From Methylorubrum populi (GTDB lineage Bacteria; Pseudomonadota; Alphaproteobacteria; Rhizobiales; Beijerinckiaceae), in the NCBI GenBank assembly GCA_020741775.1, contig DYYG01000063.1, forward strand, positions 24,429 through 88,428: a stretch of DNA of 64,000 nucleotides, given 5' to 3'. The notes beneath the pieces were generated by a model. It did not search any database. It had not been told where the DNA came from and worked only from the letters and a program-made list of their open reading frames with translations. Position numbers and translations under genes: made by a program. Positions 10,116 through 19,916 of this stretch are shown one piece after another. Each line of letters opens with the position of its first letter. Position 1 is the stretch's first letter.

Positions 10116-11990
10116 ATGTCGAGCCGAGCCGTTTTTTCCGCCCTCTCCGCGGATGTCGCGAGGGGCGCCGATGAGCTTGCCGCCGTGCGCAATGCGGTTC
10201 AGGCGGCCGATCTCGGTGTGCTGCCCGAGTGGGATCTCACCGACCTTTATCCCGGCATGGATTCGGCGGCCTTCCGCGACGACCTCGCCAGGGCCGAGAC
10301 CGAGAGCCGGGCTTTCGCCGAGCGCTATGCCGGGCGCATCGCTGAGATCGCCGCAGGGCCGGACGCCTCGGCCGCACTCGGCGAGGCGGTGGAGGCCTTC
10401 GAGCGAATCGAGGATCTGATGGGCCGGCTGATGTCCTATGCCGGCCTCGTCTATTCCGGCGACACCACGGATGAGACCCGCGCCAAATTCTATGGCGACA
10501 CCCGCGAGCGCTTGACCACGGCCTCGGGCGATCTGCTGTTTTTCGGCCTCGAGCTGAATCGCGTCGAGGATGCCCTGCTCGACCGGGCGATGAGCGACGG
10601 GCCGCTCGCCCGTTACCGGCCGTGGATCGAGGATCTGCGCCGCGAGAAGCCGTACCAGCTCGATGACCGGACGGAGAAGCTGTTCCTCGACAAGTCGGTA
10701 ACGTCGAGCGCCGCCTGGGACCGGTTGTTCAACGAGACCATCGCCTCGCTCCGCTTCACCGTCCAGGGCGAGCGCCTGACGCTGGAGCCGACCCTCAACA
10801 AGCTGCAGGATCCGGACGGGGCTGTGCGCCAGGAGGCGGCGCTCGCGCTGGGCGAAACCCTGCGGGCGAATCTGCGCATCTTCACGCTGATCACCAACAC
10901 CCTGGCCAAGGACAAGGAGATCTCCGATCGCTGGCGCGGTTTCAAGGATGTGGCGGATGCCCGCCACCTCTCGAACCGGGTCGAGCCGGAGGTGGTGGCT
11001 GCCCTGGTGGATGCCGTGCGCGAGGCCTATCCGCGCCTGTCGCACCGCTATTATCGGCTGAAGGCGAAGTGGTTCGGTGTCGAGACGCTGCCCTACTGGG
11101 ACCGCAACGCGCCGCTGCCGAAGGTCGAGCAGCGCACGATTCCCTGGACGCAGGCGCGGGACACCGTGCTCGATGCCTACGCATCGTTCTCGCCCGACAT
11201 GGCCGGCATCGCCAAAAAGTTCTTCGACGGCAACTGGATCGACGCGCCGACCCGGCCCGGAAAGGCCCCCGGCGCCTTCGCGCACCCGACCGTGCCCTCG
11301 GCCCACCCCTATGTTCTGGTGAATTACCAGGGCAAGCCGCGGGACGTGATGACCCTGGCCCACGAGCTGGGACATGGCGTGCATCAGGTGCTCGCTGCCG
11401 GCAACGGCGCGCTGATGGCGCCGACTCCGCTCACCCTGGCCGAGACCGCCAGCGTGTTCGGCGAGATGCTGACCTTCCGCCGGCTGCTGGCAGGGACCAC
11501 CGATCCGGTCCAGCGCCGGGCGATGCTAGCGGCCAAGGTCGAGGACATGATCAACACGGTCGTGCGCCAGATCGCGTTCTACTCGTTCGAGCGGAAGGTC
11601 CATCTCGCCCGGGCCACGGGAGAGCTGACGGCCGAGCAGATCAACGAACTCTGGATGTCGGTGCAGTCGGAGAGCCTCGGCCCGGCCATCGCCCTCGACA
11701 AGGGCTACGAGCCGTTCTGGGCCTACATCCCCCACTTCATCCACTCACCCTTCTACGTCTACGCCTATGCCTTCGGCGATTGCCTCGTGAACTCGCTCTA
11801 CGGCGTCTATGCCCGGGCCGAACCCGGCTTCGTCGAGCGTTATTTCGCCCTGCTCTCCGCCGGCGGCTCGAAGCCCTACGGCGAATTGCTCAAGCCCTTC
11901 GGCCTCGACGCCAGCGACCCCGGCTTCTGGCAGATCGGCCTCGGCATGATCGAGGACATGATCGCCGAGCTGGAGGCGATGGAGGAGTAG
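10116..11990 (+). CDS. pepF: Oligoendopeptidase F (M3B)
   Basis: LPEWDLTDLY, GKAPGAFAH, TLAHELGHGVHQ (HExxH), LAETASVFGE, HFIHSPFYVYAYAFG. Confidence 0.93.
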   Translation: MSSRAVFSALSADVARGADELAAVRNAVQAADLGVLPEWDLTDLYPGMDSAAFRDDLARAETESRAFAERYAGRIAEIAAGPDASAALGEAVEAFERIEDLMGRLMSYAGLVYSGDTTDETRAKFYGDTRERLTTASGDLLFFGLELNRVEDALLDRAMSDGPLARYRPWIEDLRREKPYQLDDRTEKLFLDKSVTSSAAWDRLFNETIASLRFTVQGERLTLEPTLNKLQDPDGAVRQEAALALGETLRANLRIFTLITNTLAKDKEISDRWRGFKDVADARHLSNRVEPEVVAALVDAVREAYPRLSHRYYRLKAKWFGVETLPYWDRNAPLPKVEQRTIPWTQARDTVLDAYASFSPDMAGIAKKFFDGNWIDAPTRPGKAPGAFAHPTVPSAHPYVLVNYQGKPRDVMTLAHELGHGVHQVLAAGNGALMAPTPLTLAETASVFGEMLTFRRLLAGTTDPVQRRAMLAAKVEDMINTVVRQIAFYSFERKVHLARATGELTAEQINELWMSVQSESLGPAIALDKGYEPFWAYIPHFIHSPFYVYAYAFGDCLVNSLYGVYARAEPGFVERYFALLSAGGSKPYGELLKPFGLDASDPGFWQIGLGMIEDMIAELEAMEE

Positions 11991-11999
11991 CGGGTATCC

Positions 12000-12036
12000 C
12001 CGCTCCGCGTTGTTCTTTTTGTTCGGCGCGGAGCGG
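12000..12036. terminator. Hairpin just after pepF, possible terminator
   Basis: ccgctccgcg (12000-12009) / cgcggagcgg (12027-12036) with a T-rich 17-nt loop. Confidence 0.4.
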
Positions 12037-12500
12037 TGCCACGAAGCTTGAAGTCAAGAAAATCTGAAATTCGACGGGCGTCATTCTCCCAGAGGACCTT
12101 TCGCTGCGCCTCAATCTTCAGCCGGGCCAGTAGCTGCATGTTTCCGAAATCCGAGTGGGGGGGCGGCAGAGTCCTGACGATCCGGAGCTCGACCAAGCGA
12201 TGTCGATCGTGGAAGAGGTCAGAACCGGTCGCCAGAATCACTCTTCCGATTCGGAGAACCTCCAGGCCTGAAAGACGAGAATGCGCTCAGATCTGTCCTT
12301 GCGCGTTCGATCCAGCCTCGACCGACAGCGATCATTCCCCGTCTCACCGCCGGCGAGATCGACGAATCGCGTCTGACTCGCTGGATCCGTGACAATTGGC
12401 CGACGGCGTGTGAACCGCGGCGCGCCGTCCCAGCGCCCTGGGCGTCGGGGGTGCCGCCGCCTATCTCCGGCCGAGTCCACGGAAGAGTTGACCCGAGGCC

Positions 12501-13871
12501 ATGGCCGAGACCGATCGCGAAGCCAACCGCTTCACTGCCCGCGCGAGCCGCTATGCCAGCGTCGGCGCCAATGTCGGAGGGGTGGCCGCCCGGATGGCGG
12601 CGGCGCGCCTCTTCGGCGGCAAAGACGGGGCGGCCCCCTCGAACGCCGCCGCCCTGGCCCAGGCGCTCGGGGGCCTGAAGGGGCCGATCATGAAGGTGGC
12701 GCAGCTGCTCGCCACCGTTCCGGACCTGCTGCCGCCCGAATACGCCGCCGAATTGCAGAAGCTGCAGGCCGATGCGCCGCCGATGGGCGCCGCCTTCGTC
12801 AAGCGGCGGATGATGGTCGAACTCGGGGCCGACTGGCAGAGCCGCTTCCGTAGCTTCGATCTCAAGCCGGCCGCCGCTGCGTCCCTGGGGCAGGTTCACC
12901 GCGCCGAATCGCTCGACGGAACGCCGCTCGCCTGCAAGCTCCAATATCCCGACATGCAGTCGGCGGTGGAGGCGGACCTCAAGCAGCTTCAGGTCGCCTT
13001 CGCATTCCATCGCCGGATGAATTCCTGGCTCGATACCTCGGAGATCGCCAAGGAGATCGGCGCGCGTGTGCGCGAGGAACTCGATTACGGCCGCGAGGCC
13101 AAGCACGCCGCGCTCTACGGTGACGTGTTGAGAGACATCGACTCGGTGCGCGTGCCGAAGGTCTATCCCGATCTCTCGACGCGGCGTCTGCTGACCCTCG
13201 GCTGGCTCGACGGCGAGAAGATCCTGAACTTCGCTGACAGCCCGATCGAGGTACGCAACCGGATCGCGCAGGCGATGTTCCGGGCCTGGTGGCACCCCTT
13301 CAGCCGCGCCGCGGTGATCCACGGCGATCCGCACCTGGGCAACTACACGGTGTTCTCGGAAGGCGGTGAGGCGCAGGGCATCAACCTCCTCGATTACGGC
13401 TGCGTGCGCATCTTCCACCCGCGCTTCGTCGGCGGCGTGGTCGATCTCTATCGCGGCCTGCTGGAGGACGACCGCGACCGCGTTGTCCACGCCTACGAAG
13501 TGTGGGGATTCAAGAAGCTCGATCGCGAGACGATCGATATCCTCAATATCTGGGCGCGCTTCATCTACGGTCCGCTGCTCGAAGATCGCACCCGCACCGT
13601 CGCCGATGGAGTCGATCCGGGGGCCTATGGCCGGCGCGAGGCCTTTTCCGTGCATCAGGCGCTGAAGGAGCGCGGGCCGGTCACGGTCCCCCAGGAATTC
13701 GTGTTCATGGACCGGGCGGCGGTGGGCCTCGGTGCCGTCTTCCTGCACCTGCGTTCGGAGCTGAATTATCACCGCCTGTTCGAGGCGGAGATCGAGCGCT
13801 TCTCCCTCGAGACCCTGACCAAGCGCCAGGGAGACGCGCTGTCCGCGGTCGGTCTTCCCCTGCCGGAATGA
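12501..13871 (+). CDS. ABC1/AarF/UbiB-family atypical kinase
   Basis: LKGPIMKVAQ, AAASLGQVH, KLQYP, EELDY, HGDPHLGNY, LLDYGC. Confidence 0.92.
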   Translation: MAETDREANRFTARASRYASVGANVGGVAARMAAARLFGGKDGAAPSNAAALAQALGGLKGPIMKVAQLLATVPDLLPPEYAAELQKLQADAPPMGAAFVKRRMMVELGADWQSRFRSFDLKPAAAASLGQVHRAESLDGTPLACKLQYPDMQSAVEADLKQLQVAFAFHRRMNSWLDTSEIAKEIGARVREELDYGREAKHAALYGDVLRDIDSVRVPKVYPDLSTRRLLTLGWLDGEKILNFADSPIEVRNRIAQAMFRAWWHPFSRAAVIHGDPHLGNYTVFSEGGEAQGINLLDYGCVRIFHPRFVGGVVDLYRGLLEDDRDRVVHAYEVWGFKKLDRETIDILNIWARFIYGPLLEDRTRTVADGVDPGAYGRREAFSVHQALKERGPVTVPQEFVFMDRAAVGLGAVFLHLRSELNYHRLFEAEIERFSLETLTKRQGDALSAVGLPLPE

Positions 13872-13985
13872 CAAAAGCCGGCTCACAGCGTACCGTCCCA
13901 GCCGTCAAGCTGATTGCGAGTGGAGAGGCCTTGCGCTAAATCCGCGCGTGACAATCAAAACGATACTAGGGAACGGGCGCGCGCT

Positions 13986-14279
13986 ATGGCGGACACGAAG
14001 ACCCTCACCGGCCTGAACTACAGCCCGGCGATGGACGAGAAGACCCACGAGCAGACCTACCGGGGCTTCGTTCGCTTCGTCGAGATCGGCACCGTCACCG
14101 TTCTGTGCTGGGTGGTGGCCCTGGCCATCGGTGGCCTGCGCGAGGCCTGGATCACCGCCATCGTCGGCGTGCTCGTCTCCTGGGCGGCGGCGGCGGTGGG
14201 CGCGTTCGTGCCCGCCATCGGCTGGAAGGCCCAGGCTTTCGTGTTCGCGGCCCTCCTTCTGATCCTCGCCTTCGGCTGA
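13986..14279 (+). CDS. aa3-type cytochrome c oxidase subunit IV family protein
   Basis: AMDEKTHEQTYRGFVRF followed by hydrophobic helices; usual position upstream of pnt in Rhizobiales. Confidence 0.75.
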   Translation: MADTKTLTGLNYSPAMDEKTHEQTYRGFVRFVEIGTVTVLCWVVALAIGGLREAWITAIVGVLVSWAAAAVGAFVPAIGWKAQAFVFAALLLILAFG

Positions 14280-14391
14280 TGGATTGAATTTTGCAGGTCG
14301 GCCATCCTGGCCGACCTTTTCCAGATCTGAACTTCCAAGAAGGCTCGGATACCGGCACGCCGAAAGGCGGCTGTAAGAACGGGAGCAACTG

Positions 14392-15531
14392 ATGCGTATT
14401 GCCGTCTTAACGGAGACGGACCCGATAGAACCACGGGTCGCGGCCGTCCCCGAAACGGTCAAGAAATTCGTCGGCTTAGGCAGCGACGTGGTGGTCCAGG
14501 CGGGAGCCGGCACAAAGGCCGGCGTACCCGATGCCGAGTACGAAGCGGCGGGTGCCAAGATCGTCGGCAGCGCCGAAGAGGCGCTCTCCGGCGCCGACCT
14601 CGTCCTCAAGGTCCGCCGTCCCAATGCGGATGAGCTCACCAAGGTCCAGAAGGGCGCGGCGGTCGTCGCGATCATGGATCCCTACGGCCACGAAGCCGAA
14701 TTACAGGCAATGGCCGAGGCCGGCGTCTCCACCTTCGCCATGGAGCTGATGCCCCGCATCACCCGTGCCCAGGTGATGGACGTCCTCTCCTCTCAGGCCA
14801 ACCTTGCCGGCTACCGGGCCGTCGTCGACGGTGCCGCCGAGTACGGCCGCTCCCTGCCGATGATGATGACCGCCGCGGGCACCGTTCCGGCGGCCCGCAT
14901 CTTCATCATGGGCGTCGGCGTCGCCGGCCTCCAGGCCATTGCCACCGCCCGCCGCATGGGCGCGGTGGTGACCGCCACCGACGTGCGTCCCGCTACGAAG
15001 GAGCAGGTCGAGTCTCTGGGCGCCAAGTTCGTCGCCGTCGAGGACGACGAGTTCAAGCAGGCTGAGACGTCCGGCGGCTACGCCAAGGAAATGTCGGCCG
15101 AGTACCAGAAGAAGCAGGCTGACCTCGTCCGCGGCCACATCGCCAAGCAGGACATCGTCATCACCACGGCCCTGATTCCGGGCCGGCCGGCGCCGAAGCT
15201 CGTCTCCGAGGAGATGGTCGCTTCGATGAAGCCAGGTTCGGTCCTGGTCGACCTCGCGGTCGAGCGCGGCGGTAACGTCGCCGGCGCCAAGGCCGGTGAG
15301 ATCGTCACCGTCGGCAACGGGGTGAAGATCGTCGGCCACGTGAACGTGCCGGGCCGGCTCGCGGCCACCGCTTCGAGCCTCTACGCGCGCAACCTCTACG
15401 CCTTCATCGAGACGCTGATCGACAAGGAGACGAAGGCCCTCGCCGTCAACTGGGACGACGAGCTCGTCAAGGCCACCAACCTCACCCGCGACGGTCAGGT
15501 GGTCCACCCCAACTTTCAGCCCAAAGCCTGA
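14392..15531 (+). CDS. pntAA: NAD(P) transhydrogenase alpha subunit part 1
   Basis: EPRVAAVPETV, RAQVMDVLSSQANLAGYRAV, GVGVAGLQAIATARR, DIVITTALIPGRPAPKL. Confidence 0.96.
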   Translation: MRIAVLTETDPIEPRVAAVPETVKKFVGLGSDVVVQAGAGTKAGVPDAEYEAAGAKIVGSAEEALSGADLVLKVRRPNADELTKVQKGAAVVAIMDPYGHEAELQAMAEAGVSTFAMELMPRITRAQVMDVLSSQANLAGYRAVVDGAAEYGRSLPMMMTAAGTVPAARIFIMGVGVAGLQAIATARRMGAVVTATDVRPATKEQVESLGAKFVAVEDDEFKQAETSGGYAKEMSAEYQKKQADLVRGHIAKQDIVITTALIPGRPAPKLVSEEMVASMKPGSVLVDLAVERGGNVAGAKAGEIVTVGNGVKIVGHVNVPGRLAATASSLYARNLYAFIETLIDKETKALAVNWDDELVKATNLTRDGQVVHPNFQPKA

Positions 15532-15552
15532 TCGGTCGCGGAGGATCTCATC

Positions 15553-16002
15553 ATGCCAACCCTTCCGCCCGTCTCGCCTGCAGATCAGGCTCAGGCCGCT
15601 GCGGCCGCCGCGCGCGCTGCGGCCGACATCGCCCAGCAGAACGCCGCCCACGCGCAGTCGATCGCCGACGCGCTCGGCCACGGCGTCGCTGCGGCCACCC
15701 ATGGCGCGGTCGACCCGACCGTGTTCCGTCTCGCGATCTTCGTGCTCGCGATCTTCGTCGGCTACTATGTCGTCTGGTCGGTGACGCCCGCGCTGCACAC
15801 GCCGCTGATGTCCGTCACCAACGCGATCTCCTCCGTCATCATCGTCGGCGCGCTGCTCGCTGTCGGCGTGCCGCTGATCGAGAAGGGCACCGGCTGGGCC
15901 CGCTTCTTCGGCTTCATCGGTATCGTTCTCGCCTCCGTGAACATCTTCGGCGGCTTCCTCGTCACGCAGCGCATGCTCGGCATGTACAAGAAGAAGGTCT
16001 GA
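15553..16002 (+). CDS. pntAB: NAD(P) transhydrogenase alpha subunit part 2 (membrane)
   Basis: [37 protein letters not shown]. Confidence 0.95.
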   Translation: MPTLPPVSPADQAQAAAAAARAAADIAQQNAAHAQSIADALGHGVAAATHGAVDPTVFRLAIFVLAIFVGYYVVWSVTPALHTPLMSVTNAISSVIIVGALLAVGVPLIEKGTGWARFFGFIGIVLASVNIFGGFLVTQRMLGMYKKKV

Positions 16003-16006
16003 GGCG

Positions 16007-17404
16007 ATGTCGGAAAACGTCTCATCCCTTCTCTACATCGTCTCCGGCGTCCTGTTCATCATGGCGCTGCGGGGGCTCTCGCACCCGACGACCGCTCGTC
16101 AGGGTAACCTCTACGGCATGGTGGGCATGGCGCTCGCCATCCTCACCACGCTCATCGGCCATCCGCCGGCCGGGCTCGGCGCCTGGCTCCTCGTCCTGCT
16201 CGGCCTCGCCATCGGCGGTGGTGCCGGCGCGGTGATCGCCAAGCGCGTGCCGATGACGGCGATGCCGCAGCTCGTCGCGGCCTTCCACTCGCTGGTCGGC
16301 CTCGCGGCGGTCGCGGTGGCGGCGGGCGCCCTCTACGCCCCGCAGGCCTTCGGCATCATCGAGAACGGCCACTTCCACAAGCAGTCGCTGTTCGAGATGG
16401 GTCTCGGTGTCGCCATCGGCGCGATCACCTTCACCGGCTCGGTCATCGCCTTCGCCAAGCTCGACGGGCGGATGTCGGGCAAGCCGATCATGCTGCCGCA
16501 GCGCCACCTCATCAACGGCCTGCTCGCCGCCGGGCTCGTGCTGCTGCTCGCTTTCTTCATCGGAACCGAGTCGAAGGTGCTGTTCTGGCTGATCGTGATC
16601 GCGTCGCTGGTGCTCGGCGGCCTGATCATCATCCCGATCGGCGGCGCCGACATGCCGGTGGTCGTGTCGATGCTCAACTCCTACTCGGGCTGGGCGGCGG
16701 CCGGCATCGGCTTCACCCTGGGCAACCTCGCGCTCATCATCACCGGCTCGCTGGTCGGCTCGTCCGGTGCGATCCTGTCTTACATCATGTGCCACGCGAT
16801 GAACCGCTCGTTCATCTCGGTGATCCTCGGCGGCTTCGGTGGCGACACCGCCGCCGCTGGAAGCGGCCAGGTCGAGACGCGCCCGGTCAAGCAGGGCTCG
16901 GCCGACGACGCGGCCTACATCATGAAGAATGCCGAGAAGGTCATCATCGTGCCGGGCTACGGCATGGCGGTTGCCCAGGCTCAGCATTCGCTTCGTGAAA
17001 TGGCCGACCTGCTGAAGAAGGAAGGCGTCGACGTGAAGTACGCCATCCATCCGGTGGCGGGCCGCATGCCGGGCCACATGAACGTGCTGCTGGCGGAAGC
17101 CAACGTGCCCTACGACGAAGTGTTCGAGCTGGAGGACATCAACGGCGAGTTCCCGCAGGCCGACGTGGCCTTCGTGATCGGCGCCAACGACGTCACCAAC
17201 CCGGCCGCCAAGACCGACAAGGCCTCGCCGATCTACGGCATGCCGATCCTCGACGTGGAGAAGGCCAAGACCGTGCTGTTCATCAAGCGCGGCATGGGCT
17301 CCGGCTATGCCGGCGTCGAGAACGAGGTGTTCTTCCGCGACAACACGATGATGCTGTTCGGAGACGCCAAGAAGGTCGTGGACTCGATCCTGAAGAACCT
17401 CTGA
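16007..17404 (+). CDS. pntB: NAD(P) transhydrogenase beta subunit
   Basis: MPQLVAAFHS, GGADMPVVVSMLNSYSGWAA, VPGYGMAVAQAQH, HPVAGRMPGHMNVLLAEA, GANDVTNPAA. Confidence 0.97.
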   Translation: MSENVSSLLYIVSGVLFIMALRGLSHPTTARQGNLYGMVGMALAILTTLIGHPPAGLGAWLLVLLGLAIGGGAGAVIAKRVPMTAMPQLVAAFHSLVGLAAVAVAAGALYAPQAFGIIENGHFHKQSLFEMGLGVAIGAITFTGSVIAFAKLDGRMSGKPIMLPQRHLINGLLAAGLVLLLAFFIGTESKVLFWLIVIASLVLGGLIIIPIGGADMPVVVSMLNSYSGWAAAGIGFTLGNLALIITGSLVGSSGAILSYIMCHAMNRSFISVILGGFGGDTAAAGSGQVETRPVKQGSADDAAYIMKNAEKVIIVPGYGMAVAQAQHSLREMADLLKKEGVDVKYAIHPVAGRMPGHMNVLLAEANVPYDEVFELEDINGEFPQADVAFVIGANDVTNPAAKTDKASPIYGMPILDVEKAKTVLFIKRGMGSGYAGVENEVFFRDNTMMLFGDAKKVVDSILKNL

Positions 17405-17429
17405 CGCAGCACGACCATCGGTCGTGGGG

Positions 17430-17468
17430 GCGGGGCGGGCGAGCAATCGTCCGCCCCGCTGTCGTTTA
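17430..17468 (+). terminator. Probable terminator after pntB
   Basis: gcggggcgggcga / tcgtccgccccgc stem with GCAA loop, followed by tgtcgttt. Confidence 0.55.
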
Positions 17469-17522
17469 AGGGGCGCAGTCATCGGGCGCGGAAGCGGCTA
17501 TGCTCCGCGCGTGTCCGTTGCC

Positions 17523-19346
17523 ATGCCACTCTCCTTGTCCCGCGAAACAGCCCTCGACGCGCCGCGTCCCTTTCTCGATGTCGGCGCCTCCGTGCTCGGG
17601 CGGCCCTGGCGCGAACGCTGCGGCGATCCTGGCCTCCAGGCGCTCGCGGTGACGATGACGCAGGCCTACGGTCTGCCCGACCTTCTCTCGCGCGTGCTGG
17701 TCGGGCGCGGCATCCGCCCGGCGGAGGCAGAAGCCTATCTCTCTCCGCGCCTGCGCGACCTGATGCCGGACCCGACCGTCCTGGTGGATATGGAGGCGGC
17801 GGTCGATCGCCTCGCCCATGCCGTGCGAAAGCGGGAGCAGGTGGCGATCTTCGGCGATTACGACGTGGACGGAGCGGCGAGCGCGGCGCTCCTCGCCGAA
17901 TACCTGCAGGCCCTCGGCGTGCCGGTACGGATCCATATCCCGGACCGGATCACCGAGGGCTATGGCCCGAATGTCGGTGCCGTGACGGCCCTGCGCGGGG
18001 AGGGAGCCAGCCTGCTCGTCTGTGTCGATTGCGGCACGGCCGGGCACGAGCCGCTGGCCGCCGCCGCAGCGCTGGGCTTCGACGTGATCGTGTTGGATCA
18101 CCACGGCGCGCCGGAGGCGCTTCCGCCCAACCGCGCCCTGGTCAACCCGAACCGGCTCGACGACCTGTCCGGTCTCGGCCATCTCTGTGCGGCGGGCGTT
18201 GTCTTCATGACCCTCGTCGCCCTCGCCCGGCGGCTACGGGAGGAGGGCGTCTTCGCAACGGGCGCCGAGCCGCGGCTGACCGATTGTCTCGACCTCGTGG
18301 CCCTGGCCACCGTCGCCGACGTGGTGCCGCTCGTCGGCCTCAACCGCGCCTTCGTCGTCCAGGGTCTTGCGGTGATGCGCGGGCGCGGACGTCCGGGCCT
18401 TGCCGCTCTCCTCGATGCGGCCGGTTTGAACGAACCGCCCGAGGCCTGGCATCTCGGCTTCCTCGTCGGCCCCCGCATCAATGCCGGCGGGCGGATCGGA
18501 GATGCCGGCCTCGGCGCTCGGCTCCTGACCACGTCCGACCCGTTGGATGCGCGGTGGATCGCCGAGGAACTCGACCGGCTCAACCGTGAGCGGCAGGCCA
18601 TCGAGGCGCAGGCGGTGGCCGAGGCGGAAGCCGAGATGGACGGGATCCTCGCCCGCGATCCCGACCGCTCCGTGCTGATGACCGCCTCCGCCGAATGGCA
18701 TCCGGGCATCGTCGGATTGATCGCCGCGCGCCTGAAGGAGCGCTTCGGCCGCCCCGCCTTTGCTTTTTCCCTCAAGGCCGATGGAAGCGCGGTCGGCTCC
18801 GGTCGGTCCGTCAGCGGTGCCGATCTCGGCGGCGCCGTGCGCGCCGCGGTGGAAGCGGGCTTGGCCGTGAAGGGCGGCGGCCACGCCATGGCCGCCGGCG
18901 TCACCCTTCCCCCCGGCGGCCTCGCCGCCTTCGAGGACAACCTGTCCCACGCCCTCGCCGAGTCGGTGGGCAGGGCCCGCGCAGCCGAGGCGCTGCTGAT
19001 CGACGGTACCGTCAGTGCCGGGGGGGCGACGGCGGAACTGGTGCGTCTGATCCAGCGCGCCGGCCCATTCGGACAGGGGGCGCCGGAACCCGTGATGGCC
19101 TTGCCGCGCCACCGCATTGCCGATGCCGGGATCGTCGGCAACGGCCATGTCCGGGTGCGGCTGGTGAGCGGTGACGGTCAGGCCATCGGCGGCATCGCTT
19201 TTCGCGCGGCGCAGGGGCCGCTCGGCGTGGCTCTGCTCGGCGGTATCGGCCGCAGCTTCCACGTCGCCGGCACCCTGTCCTGTGACCGCTGGCGCGGCGC
19301 GGAACGCGCCCAGATCCGGGTGTGTGATGTCGCGCCCTGTGGATAG
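17523..19346 (+). CDS. recJ: ssDNA-specific exonuclease RecJ
   Basis: FGDYDVDG, IPDRITEGYGP, VDCG, LDHH (DHH), LATVADVVPL, GPRINAGGR, GGGHAMAAG. Confidence 0.95.
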   Translation: MPLSLSRETALDAPRPFLDVGASVLGRPWRERCGDPGLQALAVTMTQAYGLPDLLSRVLVGRGIRPAEAEAYLSPRLRDLMPDPTVLVDMEAAVDRLAHAVRKREQVAIFGDYDVDGAASAALLAEYLQALGVPVRIHIPDRITEGYGPNVGAVTALRGEGASLLVCVDCGTAGHEPLAAAAALGFDVIVLDHHGAPEALPPNRALVNPNRLDDLSGLGHLCAAGVVFMTLVALARRLREEGVFATGAEPRLTDCLDLVALATVADVVPLVGLNRAFVVQGLAVMRGRGRPGLAALLDAAGLNEPPEAWHLGFLVGPRINAGGRIGDAGLGARLLTTSDPLDARWIAEELDRLNRERQAIEAQAVAEAEAEMDGILARDPDRSVLMTASAEWHPGIVGLIAARLKERFGRPAFAFSLKADGSAVGSGRSVSGADLGGAVRAAVEAGLAVKGGGHAMAAGVTLPPGGLAAFEDNLSHALAESVGRARAAEALLIDGTVSAGGATAELVRLIQRAGPFGQGAPEPVMALPRHRIADAGIVGNGHVRVRLVSGDGQAIGGIAFRAAQGPLGVALLGGIGRSFHVAGTLSCDRWRGAERAQIRVCDVAPCG

Positions 19347-19367
19347 GCGGCGAATGAAACGGATCGG

Positions 19368-19396
19368 TTGACACCCGGCCGCGCCCTCACCATAAG
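19368..19396 (+). promoter_or_regulatory. Sigma-70-type promoter of tRNA-Tyr
   Basis: TTGACA-17 bp-CATAAG, about 40 bp upstream of the tRNA. Confidence 0.7.
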
Positions 19397-19435
19397 GGCC
19401 TCGCCGGCCGCGGAGAAACGCGGCGCACCCGGTTT

Positions 19436-19519
19436 GGGGGAATGTCCCGAGCGGCAAAGGGGGCGGACTGTAAATCCGCTGCGTAAGCTTCGTAGGTTCG
19501 AGTCCTACTTCCCCCACCA
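19436..19519 (+). tRNA. tRNA-Tyr (GTA)
   Basis: Acceptor GGGGGAA/TTCCCCC, anticodon loop CTGTAAA, long variable arm, GGTTCGAGTCC T-arm, encoded CCA. Confidence 0.97.
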
Positions 19520-19856
19520 AACTGATCCCACATCTGATCTTGCTTGAGCCTTCGCTCGCGATCTTATGGTGACGAAAAGCCTGTAGAGCCAGCTTCGCTC
19601 GGCGATCTGACTCAGCTAGCCTGATGATGAGCGTTCATGGTCGAGTTCCGTGCTTCAGCACCGAACGCCATCAGGCGACGTCAGCGAACACATCGGTCTC
19701 CGCGCGCAGAGTGCGCATCATCTGGTCGTGAAATCGTGAGTTGAATCGCGACGTTTCCGATGGAATGGCGCTCGCGCAAGTGTCTCGATGCGGTTTGGCC
19801 GCCGCAAGAATCTAATCCTGTTCACACGCTGACAGCCGCGCTTGCCAAAATAACCT

Positions 19857-19874
19857 GGGTGAATTCGATCACCC
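19857..19874. promoter_or_regulatory. CRP-like palindrome upstream of the Crp/Fnr gene
   Basis: GGGTGA-attcga-TCACCC, perfect inverted repeat with the CRP spacing (TGTGA-N6-TCACA). Confidence 0.5.
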
Positions 19875-19916
19875 AAACCGGGCGCTAGGTTGCATCGACT
19901 CGGCCAAGGAAACCCA

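Noticed and set aside
19546-19608. Imperfect direct repeat (gagcc..ttcgctc..gcgatct) just after tRNA-Tyr as a possible att site or CRISPR
   Set aside because: Only two short degenerate copies, not matching the tRNA 3' end, with no integrase or cas genes.
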